Below, piece after piece: positions 25,134 to 38,500 of a stretch of DNA of 64,000 nucleotides. The notes beneath the pieces are model-generated. The model was not told the DNA's origin. It saw only the letters and a program-made list of their open reading frames with translations, and made no database searches. The translations under genes were made by a program, and so were the position numbers. The number at the start of each line of letters is the position of its first letter. Position 1 is the first letter of the stretch. Source of the stretch: Trichoplax adhaerens (lineage: Eukaryota; Animalia; Placozoa); assembly GCF_000150275.1 (NCBI RefSeq), contig NW_002060943.1, positions 11,346,878 through 11,410,877 of the forward strand, in the 5' to 3' direction.

Positions 25134-28125
25134 CTACTTAAATATTTTTCCCTGATTGAATTTTCTGCCACCGAAATCTCCTTCCCATAACAAATACTCG
25201 TTAATCAGCTTTTTGTCGTCTGACTTGTCAACATCCAGTTTAACGAATTCGTAAGAAGGAGCATCGATATTCCAATCTTCGTCGAGCTTCGCATTACAAA
25301 TATTTAAAATACATTACGTTACAATAATGTAAGCTAAAACACAAAATTGTAACTCCTATTAAGATCGTATTTTATCGTAAGTAACTTACATTAAAGATTA
25401 ATTCTTGTCCGCGCATTATCCAGATTCCTGAAATAGTGCTATCACCGTCTTTACCGAAAATGCAGACACTGCCAAACGCATGCTTCTTCAACTTTTCTAT
25501 TCTTTGAAACATACCGCTAACTAAATTGCAAGACATAAATATCTTCTTGAGATCTTCTGGATATTTATATTCCCCCTTCCAAATTGAGAACCCTTCTTTG
25601 TCGAAATTTTCCCAAAAGTACGGAATCGCAACTTTTTCTGTGTCCTCGTTGGAATAAACTCGTTTGAAAGCATCAAGTACGAAGGCACTAGATAAGTATC
25701 AACATACGTTAATTACACCATTTCAAAACTTTTCGTCATATTGAAGTGATAATTTAGGCAGAGAAAAAATAAAAAGTATTATGATACCTTTTAGCAAGAT
25801 TGGCAAAAGGATCAGGTTTCTTTGATTCTTTTGGTTTTTCGTCATCATCATCTGCTTGTGGCTTGGGTTTTGGTTTCGCGGCCTTTGTCTCCTCTTTCTG
25901 CTTTTTCTCTTTTTTTTGGTCCTTCTTATCTTTTCCTTGGTCCTTCTTGTCTTTTCCTTGGAGCTCTGCAAATCTTTTAGCTATGTAGTTTCGACGTTAT
26001 TTTATGTAAGATAAAGAGTACGATTAAACAAGCAGAACTATTATCAGGGAGTCAAATTACGTATAATAGACTACCATCAAATTGTGCCATTTTTTCACAG
26101 AACTTGAATTCTCCAATCACGTTACGGAATTGAGGTTGATTTACAAGCGTAGTAAACCATCGGTTAACGTTGGGGTAAGGTGCTCTAAATGCAGGATCAA
26201 GGACCTACCAGTGTATAGCATATAACAATCAATTAGCGGTGTGTCCATTTTGTTTTTACTCGTTCTAAACATAAATGATGTTTCTAAATAACCTGTTTAA
26301 ACAAGTGATACAGATTGCACGCCAAAGAGATATCAGCCAAGGTTACTCTTTCTCCGACCAAGAAAGTCCTTGTGGACAAGTCATTGTTGAGGACCTTTAA
26401 AATAGATGAGATCACTTCCTTGGCTTTTTCGGTATTCTAAAGAGATAAATCAAAAGTTGCTATTCAGCAAGATAGCATGAAATCTATAGACTTTATTTCA
26501 TCATTAAAAGGTAGAGAGATGTTATTTTTTAATATAGCAGTCTCTAGCACACAACTACAACGATTACTTGAGTTAAATGATTACTGATATGAAGTGAACT
26601 ACTAAGACTTGCCTGTTTATTATACTGCATTATCCCGTAAGTTGGAAAAACCCAAGAGCAAGCATGAGGCAAAACTTCATTGTCAGCTAGGCTTATATAC
26701 TGCATAATTTTGGCAGCATCGGTTTTGGTTTTGCCATGTAGTTGTGCATTTGAAACTAGAATATACAAAATTGTTTCAATTTTTGGAATTATATACGAAC
26801 ATAACTTTTTAAAAAAGGACCCATCATCATGATCTACTTGAAATTTCGTTCCATGTCAAGATAAATCACTTTCCAATTATAGAGTTGTTGAGAAATTGAA
26901 CTTGTACTACCATTGCCCTGCATCTGTAATGGCATTACTCGTATTAAGGAGAGGCTGTTACAGTAAAGTATGAACCTGGCAAACATGGCCAATACTGTAC
27001 TAGCTCTTTATCAAAAGGTAAGTAGGTTAAGACGTTAACAAGCATCTGTTTAATTCAATTTAAATCTCCCTGGAATTGTCTTATTGAGGTCTATACAGCA
27101 GCATGAATAGTACAGCATGAATAGTACAGCACGAATAGTACAGTACAAAGTAAGTAAATAACAAAGTCCTATTAGGGGGTAATTCAAAAGTAGTCGCTGA
27201 AAGTAACAAATCCTATCAAGCTGATCGGTGAGAGATCGAATCGATCAAGTTGAATACTGTACACATACCATAGTAGGCAATAGCGTTAGTTTCGTAAATG
27301 CAAGTTCCATCTGAGCCTTCGAATGCAGGTACCTACGCAATGTATTTTAAGTTCAATGATTAGAAATGTTAAAGAATCGATTAATATGAAGTTGTAGATG
27401 ACTGCTGTAATAGTAGCTCATTAATTCCATAGTTGCAGTGTAAAATATTGAATCATTATTGAGTATCAATACTATACGTCCATAGTGCTCGATGTCGCAT
27501 CAATATCAGAAAATACTAAAGTAGAATAGCACTGAGGCATACATCTACAGAGATACTCGTATCATTTCTTTCAACTATCCCAACAAATTACAGTATATTA
27601 CGATCTATAAAGATATACAGTAGGTCCAATGGGATAAGCACATGCGTCATTTGATCACCGTCTTGGGAGACGAGATTCGAGAGATGCAGACAGAATGAAC
27701 TATGGCCTTTACGTAGCCGTATAGGCAGTTATCCAAATTATTCTTTCATTTTTGTATCTACACTATATCCCTAACTCTAAAATCATTTAATTGAACTACC
27801 TTTCCTAGGGGAAACTTTTCCAAGAATCCAGCGCTCTTATTAGTCTCGCCAAGGACAAATTCTGTAGGTTCGGAAATCACCTTGATATCTGTATTGCTGT
27901 ATTGGGCAGCAACAAGAATTTTGTATGCACGGAAATTATCCGGATAGGTGTACAAAACCTATAAATATGATATAAACAGAAATTAATTTACACTCACTAG
28001 TATGCTGTACTGTATACTAAAATGTTAGGTAGTTGAAAAAAATAACAGTTTAATAGAATAATTTGCAGATGTAGACGATAATATCATGATTGGAGTCGTA
28101 GTTGAAAACTTACACCGGACGCCAT
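25134..28125 (-). CDS. EEF1G: Translation elongation factor 1-gamma, multi-exon
   Basis: MASG|[34 protein letters not shown]-like N-domain, a Lys-rich linker, [23 protein letters not shown], ending FNQGKIFK*. Confidence 0.97.
27099..27143. repeat. 14-bp intronic tandem repeat x3
   Basis: cagca(t/c)gaatagta three times. Confidence 0.85.
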
Positions 28126-28136
28126 TGTGATTTATC

Positions 28137-28158
28137 AGAAAAGGATCGTACATGCGCA
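28137..28158 (-). promoter_or_regulatory. Putative TCT/5'TOP initiator with an adjacent NRF1-like half-site
   Basis: The minus strand reads TGCGCATGTACGATCCTTTTCT, ending 11 nt before the EEF1G ATG. Confidence 0.45.
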
Positions 28159-29596
28159 AACATACGTGACAAATACTTTTGCTTGGCTATCCACTGACAG
28201 CCATGTAAGCGAATAGAACAGTTTGTACCAGTTTGATAGGACTGTACAGAACAGAGGTGTAAAAAGTATAGCCTACGGCATAACAGATATACTGTACAGC
28301 ATAATAATCCCTAGTAAACGCTATATTCTGTACACGTATTACTTGTATTGAGCAAGACCGTCGTTACTTTCTTTTTACCTGTATGGGGCCTAACAACCAC
28401 TTATTTATACTTTACTATGAGAGGATTCAGCTAACGATGGACCGTAGAATATATATAGTAAATCATTATTAAATTACCGTACTCACTTCTTTTTCTCTAA
28501 CATAAATTATAACTACATCAGAGTTAAGAATAAAATTTTTCAACGTGGAGTCATACTCGTAGACGCAAGATATTCTAATCGCTTGGATGCTCATTGCTAA
28601 CTGTATTAATTATAGATGATAAAGTAATGATGTAGACTTTAGCAAAGAGTAAAAACATACATATTTATTATCTAAGAATTGTCATCTCAGGTTATTATCA
28701 ATAAATATCGCTACAGTTTACAACATAAACTGATTACAGACGGTGTTTTTAATCAGCATACAAAGAGTAACTGTACTATTTAATTAACAACGCGGTATGT
28801 CATTCCTAGCCATTAAAAGTAACTTTACAACTGTTTATCTCAAACCATCCAGTTATAGAGAAGATATTTTAGCAGAATATTTCTCTTGAGTTGCATAGTC
28901 TATAAATTGTTAAATCCTATAGCATTTTGCCAAGTATTCGCATTCATCAAATTAGATGAAATGTAATATTGCATGAAAACAAGATTGCCAAACTTGTATA
29001 CTACCGTATGTATTTGTGACTGAGAACTTTGAATCTGCTATTGCTAAACTTAGAGTATCGGCATTATGATAGATAGTACATAAATTTAAAGCGTTGTTCA
29101 CTTTATCTGACGTACATACTGTATAATATATATTTAACCTTAAAGAGCAATTAATCGAATAAATAATGGAATATATCTTTTATCATTTCATTCACCAGCG
29201 CAACAATTACTTTTTAAAAGACATCATTTGTCATAAGACAGATACATATAATAATTTCTTGAGATATTTAAGACGCTATAGTATTTACATTATTATATTA
29301 TAATAACTACATTTAATATTTATAGTGGATATTAACATTCACAGGTTAATAAAGGAATATTCTTATTAATTCGTGAGTATTCTGTTGTGGTATTAGCCGT
29401 TCAATTTTAATAAATTTAAATCGTCAAACTCCATGTCGACTAAAATTTCTTAAGATTACATACTGTAATATCAATTTAAAGTCAAAACATACGTTTATGA
29501 TTTTTTCTGCATAAATCCATACAAAGGCTAGCAGGTTAAGTCATATGATGACAATATATACTGTCATTAATTTTTTTTTACATTTGGTACTGCACT

Positions 29597-32500
29597 TTAT
29601 TCATAGTCCATATTGTCTTTGTTAGAAGAGATCATCTTAATAACCGGTAAAACTCGAAGCACCGTCTCTGCAGGTGGATTTCCACCAAATTTCATAAAAA
29701 GGGATAATAAATCAGATGGATATCCTAGAAATAAAAACCGTTTATTTTAGATTCATAAAAAATAAACTAATTAAACCAAATTAGCATATAAATCAATTAA
29801 TTTTAAAAAATACATATAAAGAATGAATCAAAAAGATAAAATTGCAGGATAGACTTAGGTATACCTCCATCTTCATTTATGCCAAAAATCTGGTATGCTG
29901 GCGGTACGTCATACAACTGAAGAAAGCTAGCTAAATGCTCCAAGGTGCCTAAGTTGGCCGTTATCAGCTTAGCGCCATCTTTCACGTATTCTAAAAATGT
30001 ATCGGGCTCTTTAAAAGTACCTATAAAAACATATTTGCACATTATGAAACACATAAAGCTAGCAATTAAAATATACGAATTCATAATTATATAATAACTT
30101 CATTTTACTAACCTGTAATATCATCCAACATGTAGCACGAAACGTAAGATTTTATGTACTCTAATAGTTCGTTGCTTATCAATGTTTCCTAAGACAAAAT
30201 CATAGTCCATAAGATTTATTACACTCTAGTTAACGTAAATTTTATAAAATAATATTAGCTAAAAATACCGTAACGGATTGCTTTATCCACATTTCATAGA
30301 AGGATATCATGAGATTTAATTCTACGAAATTCAACGGATTATATATTTTAGCACTTAGTTCGTGCAGTATATGATATATTGTCATGCATATGGTTATGAT
30401 TTCGGTTTTTTCTTCTTTTACACATTCAAAAAGTAACGATGAAAATAATGCCTTTAAATGATATTCTTGATCCTGTGAAAAGTCATTTATACAATATCTA
30501 GCTAACATTTAATCTTGAATTTCAATTAGCTATTACTTATTAGATCTAAATCAAGGGCATAATAAAAAGGAGTTCACTTATCATACAGTATCATTCTTAG
30601 TATTATTGCATAGAAATTCCGCAAAAGCCAACAGGTTTTTATTGGAAGTTAAAGACTTTATCTTGTTTATCTGTATAATAAGTGAAATTTAAACACAATT
30701 TATCAGTTTTATGGTTATAAAAGCAGCGGTAAAGGAGATTGAAAATATTACTTTTGATGGTTGACAAAATAAGCTTTCTTTTTCAATGGAGAAATCTCGT
30801 GCCAATGCATTTTGTAAGCCCTGCAATGTGAAGCAACGATTATGAAAATTAACAGTTGATAACTGCGATAAATGAACTGTATTAAAAATATCTAAGATCT
30901 GCCTACCTTTGGATCAGACTTGTAATTGAGAAACCCAGCCCGTCTTTTAACAAAGACAGTACCATGATTATCTAGTAATGCTCTAAAAGGAGATAGAAAT
31001 TGCACCGTAAGATATATTTAATGTTTTAAGCTACTATGTACGGTATGCACTCTACGGTACTTTTGCAATTTCGAATCATTTTCTAATTCTAGTCTAATTG
31101 GCCAATATCGAGGTCCTTCGATATTTATCTGAAAAGCAAAGAAAGTTAGTCAGTGATCTAGGGCGAATAGTGGCACTTACTTTAAAAGGCATTTAAATGA
31201 GTACTGATGACAACTATTGGTCTTTACTTGTTCGATTAGGTGTAACTCAGGAAGCAGACATGGGGTGGTTAAATTCAGCTTACATCGTTGATAGTTTTCA
31301 GTAGCCTTATGTACAAATAAGATGAAATCGTGTTCAGTTTATATAAAATAACATAGATGGAGCTCAGATATATTACACAAGGCGATCATACTTTCAGTGT
31401 GACTGATATCGGTACGTATACTGGGTCTCCATCGTCAATATTTCGTGTAACCATAATTCGTGGTTGTGAGGCTAACGCATAAAGATGACGAAGTGCTTGA
31501 AGATGGTATTTATTGTCACAGCTGTTGGCTGGAAAATAGGGATAGAGAGAAGCTACCAAATATGCTACAGATTCATTTGTTGTATTTAACGTGTATCTAA
31601 GATATGGAAAACATCAATGGCTTGTTTAGTCTCAAACATAACGACATACTGTACACATTTCGAACAGTGAATAGTTCCAATACCGCGAAATCATAAAAAT
31701 TACAATACTTATTTCGACTGAAGTACCGTACTGCATATTGACTAAAATTATTTACGGTAAAGAATAAGTAAGTTATGGCGCCTGGACACTGTTATATCAT
31801 TCCAAACTTTATAAAGAATCAGTCTATGATTTATCTATCGCCATTAAAATATGATTGAATTCAGTACGTACCGTCCTCCACCAAGAAATAATAATCCTAT
31901 AGACATATGTATCGCCATGTGTCTACCGTAGTTGATTTCGGTCGATCCTAATTGAGAATGTAATTTTCGTAATGTCTTTAAAACCGTCAAATTGCCTGTG
32001 CCAGACATAACCTGAATATCAAGTCATAAAATCGTTTAGAAAAGATTGGACTTTGTGCGAAATGCCATTTCAAAAAGCAAAGATGTCACTAATTGTATGG
32101 CAAAAATTTATCAAGTTTACCATAGCCAGCGCTAAGCATATAGTCCCAAGACACATTTCTATCGTACACTTTCCAGCCTCTTCAGATATCCTCGGATTTT
32201 GTTGTAATTTTATTACAAAGTTCAGATAATGTGTCTAATTCAATGCATAAATATAACATTAATTTCAATCAGCGTCATTGATAGCGTCAACTTTTATACG
32301 ATAAGCAATTCTTGCCATCTCATGAAACACAAGGGCTACTAAAGCAATTTTAGTAAAATAGCAACTTTTGGCAGAGTTAGTTTTCATAGAATGTTCATTA
32401 AAATATATCTGAACGTATTCGCGAAATGAGCTATAAAATATATTACATATGCTTTACCAAAGTAGAGAATGCTTCTGCGTTAGCAGATCCTGCAAATCGA

Positions 32501-35500
32501 AATCCAATAGCCATACAAGCTCCAGCAGTAATATATAGCTTAACTTGACTGATCATATTTATAACCAAGATTAAATTTAGTTTATAACAATGATCATAAA
32601 GGTCTATCTTAAAAATAGTTACACACCTTAATAACTCGTAATCTAATGTTTTATCAACCTTCACATTAGAAAAGCCGTGCTCTTGTGCGATCTATTATAT
32701 TCAGAAAATTTAATGAGATAAGATAAGGAAGATAAGTTGTTCATACTAGCCTTACCGGCGGTATTTGATTTTCAACCCAAGCTGTTGTTGGAAGGATCGA
32801 ATCCCACATGATCAAATACCTACTCCAGGTCTGATTTACGCGTGATATTATTAAAATGAAAGCTGTAGAACCTAGGCGACTCGAATCACTAATTGCTATG
32901 GAACTGATCTATATTGCCTTTACCTTTAAGAGCAAGAAATCTGGTCGACTGGCCTCTAGCAAGGTTTGAGTTTTGGGAGCAATAAACCAATCGGCAATGG
33001 ATCTATATACAATACCGAGATAAATTGTGTTTACGAAGGAGATGACTAACGATAGTGAACAATTTTCAAGCAAGTACTTTTACCGATTGTTTGTCTTCAA
33101 AAACATGAGACCAAGACTTAAAATTGCTCCCGGCGCTGTTACGTTCACGTTGATATTTACACCCTCCTGCCGTTAAAATTGAAACCTTGATATGGAATCA
33201 TTTTAGCAAATTATTGTTATTCCAGATTTTACCTTAATAAGATAGCTTGACGGCGAAGATTTTTCATCGATAGCGCGTTTCTGAAAAGAACATTATGATC
33301 GTTATATGCTTATTGCTAAAAGTTTCACATTATTATGTAGTATCATACAGTGACATCTTTATTTCCGCCAACAATATAGTTGTATAAATAATCCGATATT
33401 GTCAAATCAGATAATCCAGGAGAACAATCACCACGCTAGTAAACAAAGAAAATGCCATGTCAACTACATAGTTAATGCGAAGCATTTGCACGATGTATAA
33501 ATTTAAAAATATCTTACACCCAATGTGATCATTCCGAGAGCTATTCCAGCAGCAACTGAATAGGATTCTCTATCAGTACAATTATCCATCTCTGGACCTG
33601 GTCCACGCCCTATCAAGAAGACAGTTTAAGTTCGTAATTTCTTAATAGCTTTCATTTACTTATTTATGATAAAGAAAATCACACTGAAAGTTAGAGCAGA
33701 CCTATTTCTATTAGGAGCATCTTGACCATACTTCTGTGTAGGGATCCTTCATATAGTAAACCGATACCAATCAACGATGCAATTTGAACGTCTTGTGAGA
33801 TATTTAACTCCGCTGAAGTAGGTGGGAGAAGGGCTCGGATATGAACACTGAGCATTTTAGTGACAGCCAAATCCATCGTTCCACGTCTGTAGTAAGATTA
33901 GAGTTTTATAACATCAAATGACTAAACAATATTATAGTTCGATTGAGTTTTAATATTATATTACTTACTTTGCGGCAGCTATACCTAGTAATAAGCCAAT
34001 GCTAATCATCGAATGTCCCTAAAAAGTAATTGTGTTGTTATATTTTGTATTTACAAAATAGATAAAGTTACTCTTACCATTGATAAATAGTCATGAATAC
34101 TCGTAGCTTTTAAGTTAGATAAGTGCCCACTTAGTCCCAGAGCCATAAGAAAACCGGCATGTTCATTTGTTGATTGTTCGTTTTGAGGTTTATTGTAAAC
34201 AATCCATGTTGAGTCGATCTGAAATAATCATAAAATAAAGCCAGTGTGTAATATCGTAGACGTAAAAATGATCATAAGGTAGAAGTTATAATCCATAGCA
34301 TATTCCAAAAACATACATTAAACAATTGATTTACAGGCAAGCGCAAATATTAAAACTGAAATTGTTACCTGTGAGAGACCAGGCATAATGCTTATACCAG
34401 CAGCTACTCCGTTATGAAAAAGTGGCCAGTCAGTTAAACCTGGATAGTTACTCATTTCCAACTTAATGATCGCATTTCTAAAAGAAATAATTCTCTATTA
34501 CGAAATTTATATGTTATGGGTTGCGCTCTAGATTATCTTAATCACATCGGTAGTTTATTTACTTTGGAGGAATTCGACCAGTTAAATTTAGAGACGGAAT
34601 TGATACAACTTCAGCGACGATAGGGGAAGACTTGAAAAGAGTCAGCATACCCCTAATAAACATTTACAGCATACTCGTAGATAAGACTTTCAAATCTTTA
34701 ATAGTATCAATAGTTTCTATGTGATAAAAATAAAATTTTTGAGTAACCTTCCAACTGGTAGTGCCATAGTTCTTTGACTGATGGTGTACAACCATTCTTC
34801 TTGTTGTTCAATGTACTCATGATCGCTAAATTAATATTTTTATAATCTTCAATCAATATACATAAAATATAAATGAATTTAAGATTTAAATAGATGACGC
34901 AACAGTAAACTAATAAGTAATCAACGGTAAATGGACATTAACCTAGATTCAGGTTTTCTAGCTACCGACACTGGTACTGGTTTTGATGATCTCAATAATC
35001 TGCCGACCTCCCTGAGCCTAAGATCTTTGCCGAAGATAAGGTTCGTTACCTGCCATATAGTTGTTATGATGATAAAATATTAGTGACAATTCGAGGCTAC
35101 TGCTGGGTTGTACGTTACTAATAAGGAATAAAGCGAATATATAACTTTTGCTATTATACAAAATCAGATAAAAGTCTACCTTGTTGGATACAGAAGTACT
35201 TTCGTCAACATCTTCTTCTAATATTTCATTTGTAGCCTATTTTAAGCGTAATAAACGTTAAGATTTTGCCAAATTTAATATCAAAACTAGCAAAGATTAA
35301 ATAACATCACACTCGTAGGTCAATAGTGTTGACTTATCGTAATGTGATTATTTAAGATATTTTTGCCCATCCTAACTTTCGTTTGGTCATCGCTGAAGCG
35401 TTGTCTATTACTACGAAGTTTAGTTTGTCCTATTAAATCTTGTCTATTAATAAGTTCATATGCTAATTTTGGCCAACTTCCAGATGGATTACGGCGACAA

Positions 35501-38500
35501 TCATTTAAAATTTGATGAAGGATTATCTGTACGCCAAATGTTAGCGAATGCAATTTCCACGATCTAAAGTCTTTAAATTTTGATTAAATATTACTTTTAT
35601 TAGTATTGTACAGTATAAAAATATTACTTGATATCTAGATACAAACCATATGCGACAAGCAGCATTAAGCATTGTTCGGAAATCGTGTTCCCACTTTGCA
35701 AGTAGAGAATACGGAAAATAAATTCAAGTCAATGACAAAAATGTAACATGAAATGGTCTTCTAGTTTGCAGCTTACATGTAAACATCAGATGAATTCAAA
35801 ATTTGATCGCGGTTGTTTATATCTATCGTGAAAGAAAGCAGTGAATATAGTTTTGGGGCAATAGATCTTACAATACATTACGAAATGCATATACCAAATA
35901 TGTAGTATTCATAACGGAAAATAGGCTCAGCAATAGCTTCTTCATTGCCAGTAAATTTGGTACAGATCTTTAAAATAATAAAAAATTTGTTTATATCTGT
36001 AATCTCTAATTAACTAAAAGCTACCAAATTCTCGAAACCTTTCCAATCAATTCTAATCGACTGCAAATCCTGGGTATGTAATATAATTTCGTATCTTGCT
36101 ATAAATTTTAAGAAAAATCTTAGAATCATATTGAGAGAAGTACGGTATATACAAACACGTTTGATGAATTAATTTTACGAGCAATTACCTTCAATCGACG
36201 GAAACACTGGATCATCCAATTTCTGACATTGATGGGATACGACGTAATATAAGACGGCATTGTTTGTGATAACCGCTCTATTAATCAAATGCAGTAACAA
36301 TAAGAAGGTTTACTCATTACTATCCAGTACACGAACAAAGCATTGTCATTTTACAACTTTGAAATAATTGATAATCCCACCTGTAGGTACTACTTCCTGT
36401 AAGTTGTAAGTAAATAATTTAGGGAAGTCGCGGCGGTAGTAATCAAGATAAAATTTTGCGTCTAAAATACTAATGTAACAGAATTATAAGTAGTTTTAGA
36501 AGTTATTTATACCAACTTTAAAATAAAATTTATTGATAAGACACTTGATTACCTGGCACAGAAGTACAAGAATTGAGCTAATGGATAAAGTGAAGTAGCT
36601 GCAGTACTATCTAATTTAAATTCCTAAGGTATCGGATATCAAAACAACATACTTAGGTAGGTGAACGACCAGCATTACCGTTACCATTAACGACGAAAAA
36701 CATAAATGATATGATAGATATGATTTATAAAACTAACCTCATAGATCAGATGGAGAGAAAATAAAATAGAGGGCAAATGCTGATAACCGATCCAGTTCTT
36801 ATCAGGTCTACGATTCCGATGGATTTGTTAAGTAAGTTTTTTGAAATTTTAAATTTAAAATAGTATTGACATAAAAACTTAATTGCCCCTAAATGTCTAA
36901 ATATATCAGTAACTAACTTGATACACTTTGTTACTATAACGTCAAGCAGATCTTCTTTGGTATATCGAGCATGAATTGGTGTTTGGAGGACCGCTGACCA
37001 TATCTAATAAAGAATTTTTGGATTATAAAACTGCAATCTAATTTCAAAAAGCACCTTAGAAAAAGATGATTTAATTCAAGTTATCAATATATTAGATAAG
37101 AACGACTTACATCAGTTCCAATCCTAGTGCCAGTGCCCTGTAAGGTTGTCATCCAATTCAGGCATGAAATTTATCAGTTATTAAAAAAAACCAATGTCGT
37201 ATTTATGTGAGCATATCAATATACATATGTCAATCGAATCTTAATTAATAGTGTATATTGCGCACTGTACTTACGCTTACTTCTTCTAGAGAGCCTTTTT
37301 CAGATATAAGCCATAATAGAAATCTTACAAATACTTCCAGACTACATTCGATATTGTCATAAGATTTGTTGACAGATGCTTTCAAGTACTGAGCTAGTAT
37401 TGTAAATCCAATTTCTTCCGGTAGTAATTGATGCAAAGCAGCTAAGGACGATTTAACTGCGAGATTTTATCAAAAATGTAAAACGATTTTTAATTTGTTG
37501 ACTACGATCTGCTTCAGATCTCCTGTATTATCGCTACGATATGTACAATAGCACGCTCTCACCGATAACATTCGATGGCAGCTTCAATAAAGGTATACGG
37601 AACATTTTCCCGTAGTTATTAGTCTATACAAAAGATATAATACATTAGTACTAGATTACACGAACTAAAACTTCGTACTACCGTATCATAAATTGCATTC
37701 ATTATTCATACCACTATAAGTGTATCAAACGCCCATTGATATAGGAACTGAATCGATCCTGTACATATTGTTAAATCAGTTATTAATTCTAAGAATCAGC
37801 AGAATGTAGTATTCGTAATATTTCGTCATACCTGGAATTTTCCAGAGATCGAAGTTCAGCTGACAAATCTAGCGGAATCGAGTAGTCAATTAGGACAATG
37901 TCAGATAAAACTAACTGAACTTGTGAAATCTACCTGTAGAAGGCCGTTATAAAAGTAACCATTTGATGCATTATCTAAAACAGCAATTATACCAGTTTCC
38001 TATATAAAAATAACGTCGATGAGTTACTTATACCATCAATACCGTTTAGCTACTGCATTGTGTACATAAAGTGCAATCTGTAAATCCATACGTAGGCAAG
38101 CATTTACCGTCATGCATGCGACATCCTTGCTCTCTATTGTTAGCTTATATTCAAAATTCATATCATGATATTGATAAACTCTAGAGAATAGAAAAGGTGG
38201 GGTTAAAATTACGAATTGAAACTAACTGATCATTCAATATTTAATGACAGTAATCATTTTAACGTCGCTAAATGTACCTTAGCTGATCTCCTACAAGACA
38301 GTAAAAATATTTTCTGCCGTAGAAATCAGTAGCGAAGAAAGCTTTCTTCGCAACCGAAGCCAAGCAGCTAAAAAAATTTGATTTCAAACAACAACTATAT
38401 TAATATGTATTTTTTAAGGCCACTGATAGTATAATGAACTAACAGTTAATTTATTACTAATACATCATTTAATACACACATGTCTTCTTCCCATATTTTA

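Noticed and set aside
26895-27005. Possible H/ACA snoRNA in an EEF1G intron (minus strand: hairpin, ATACGA, hairpin, ACA)
   Set aside because: The second hairpin is too short, the H box is displaced, and the first stem is made of the common TACAGTA repeat word.
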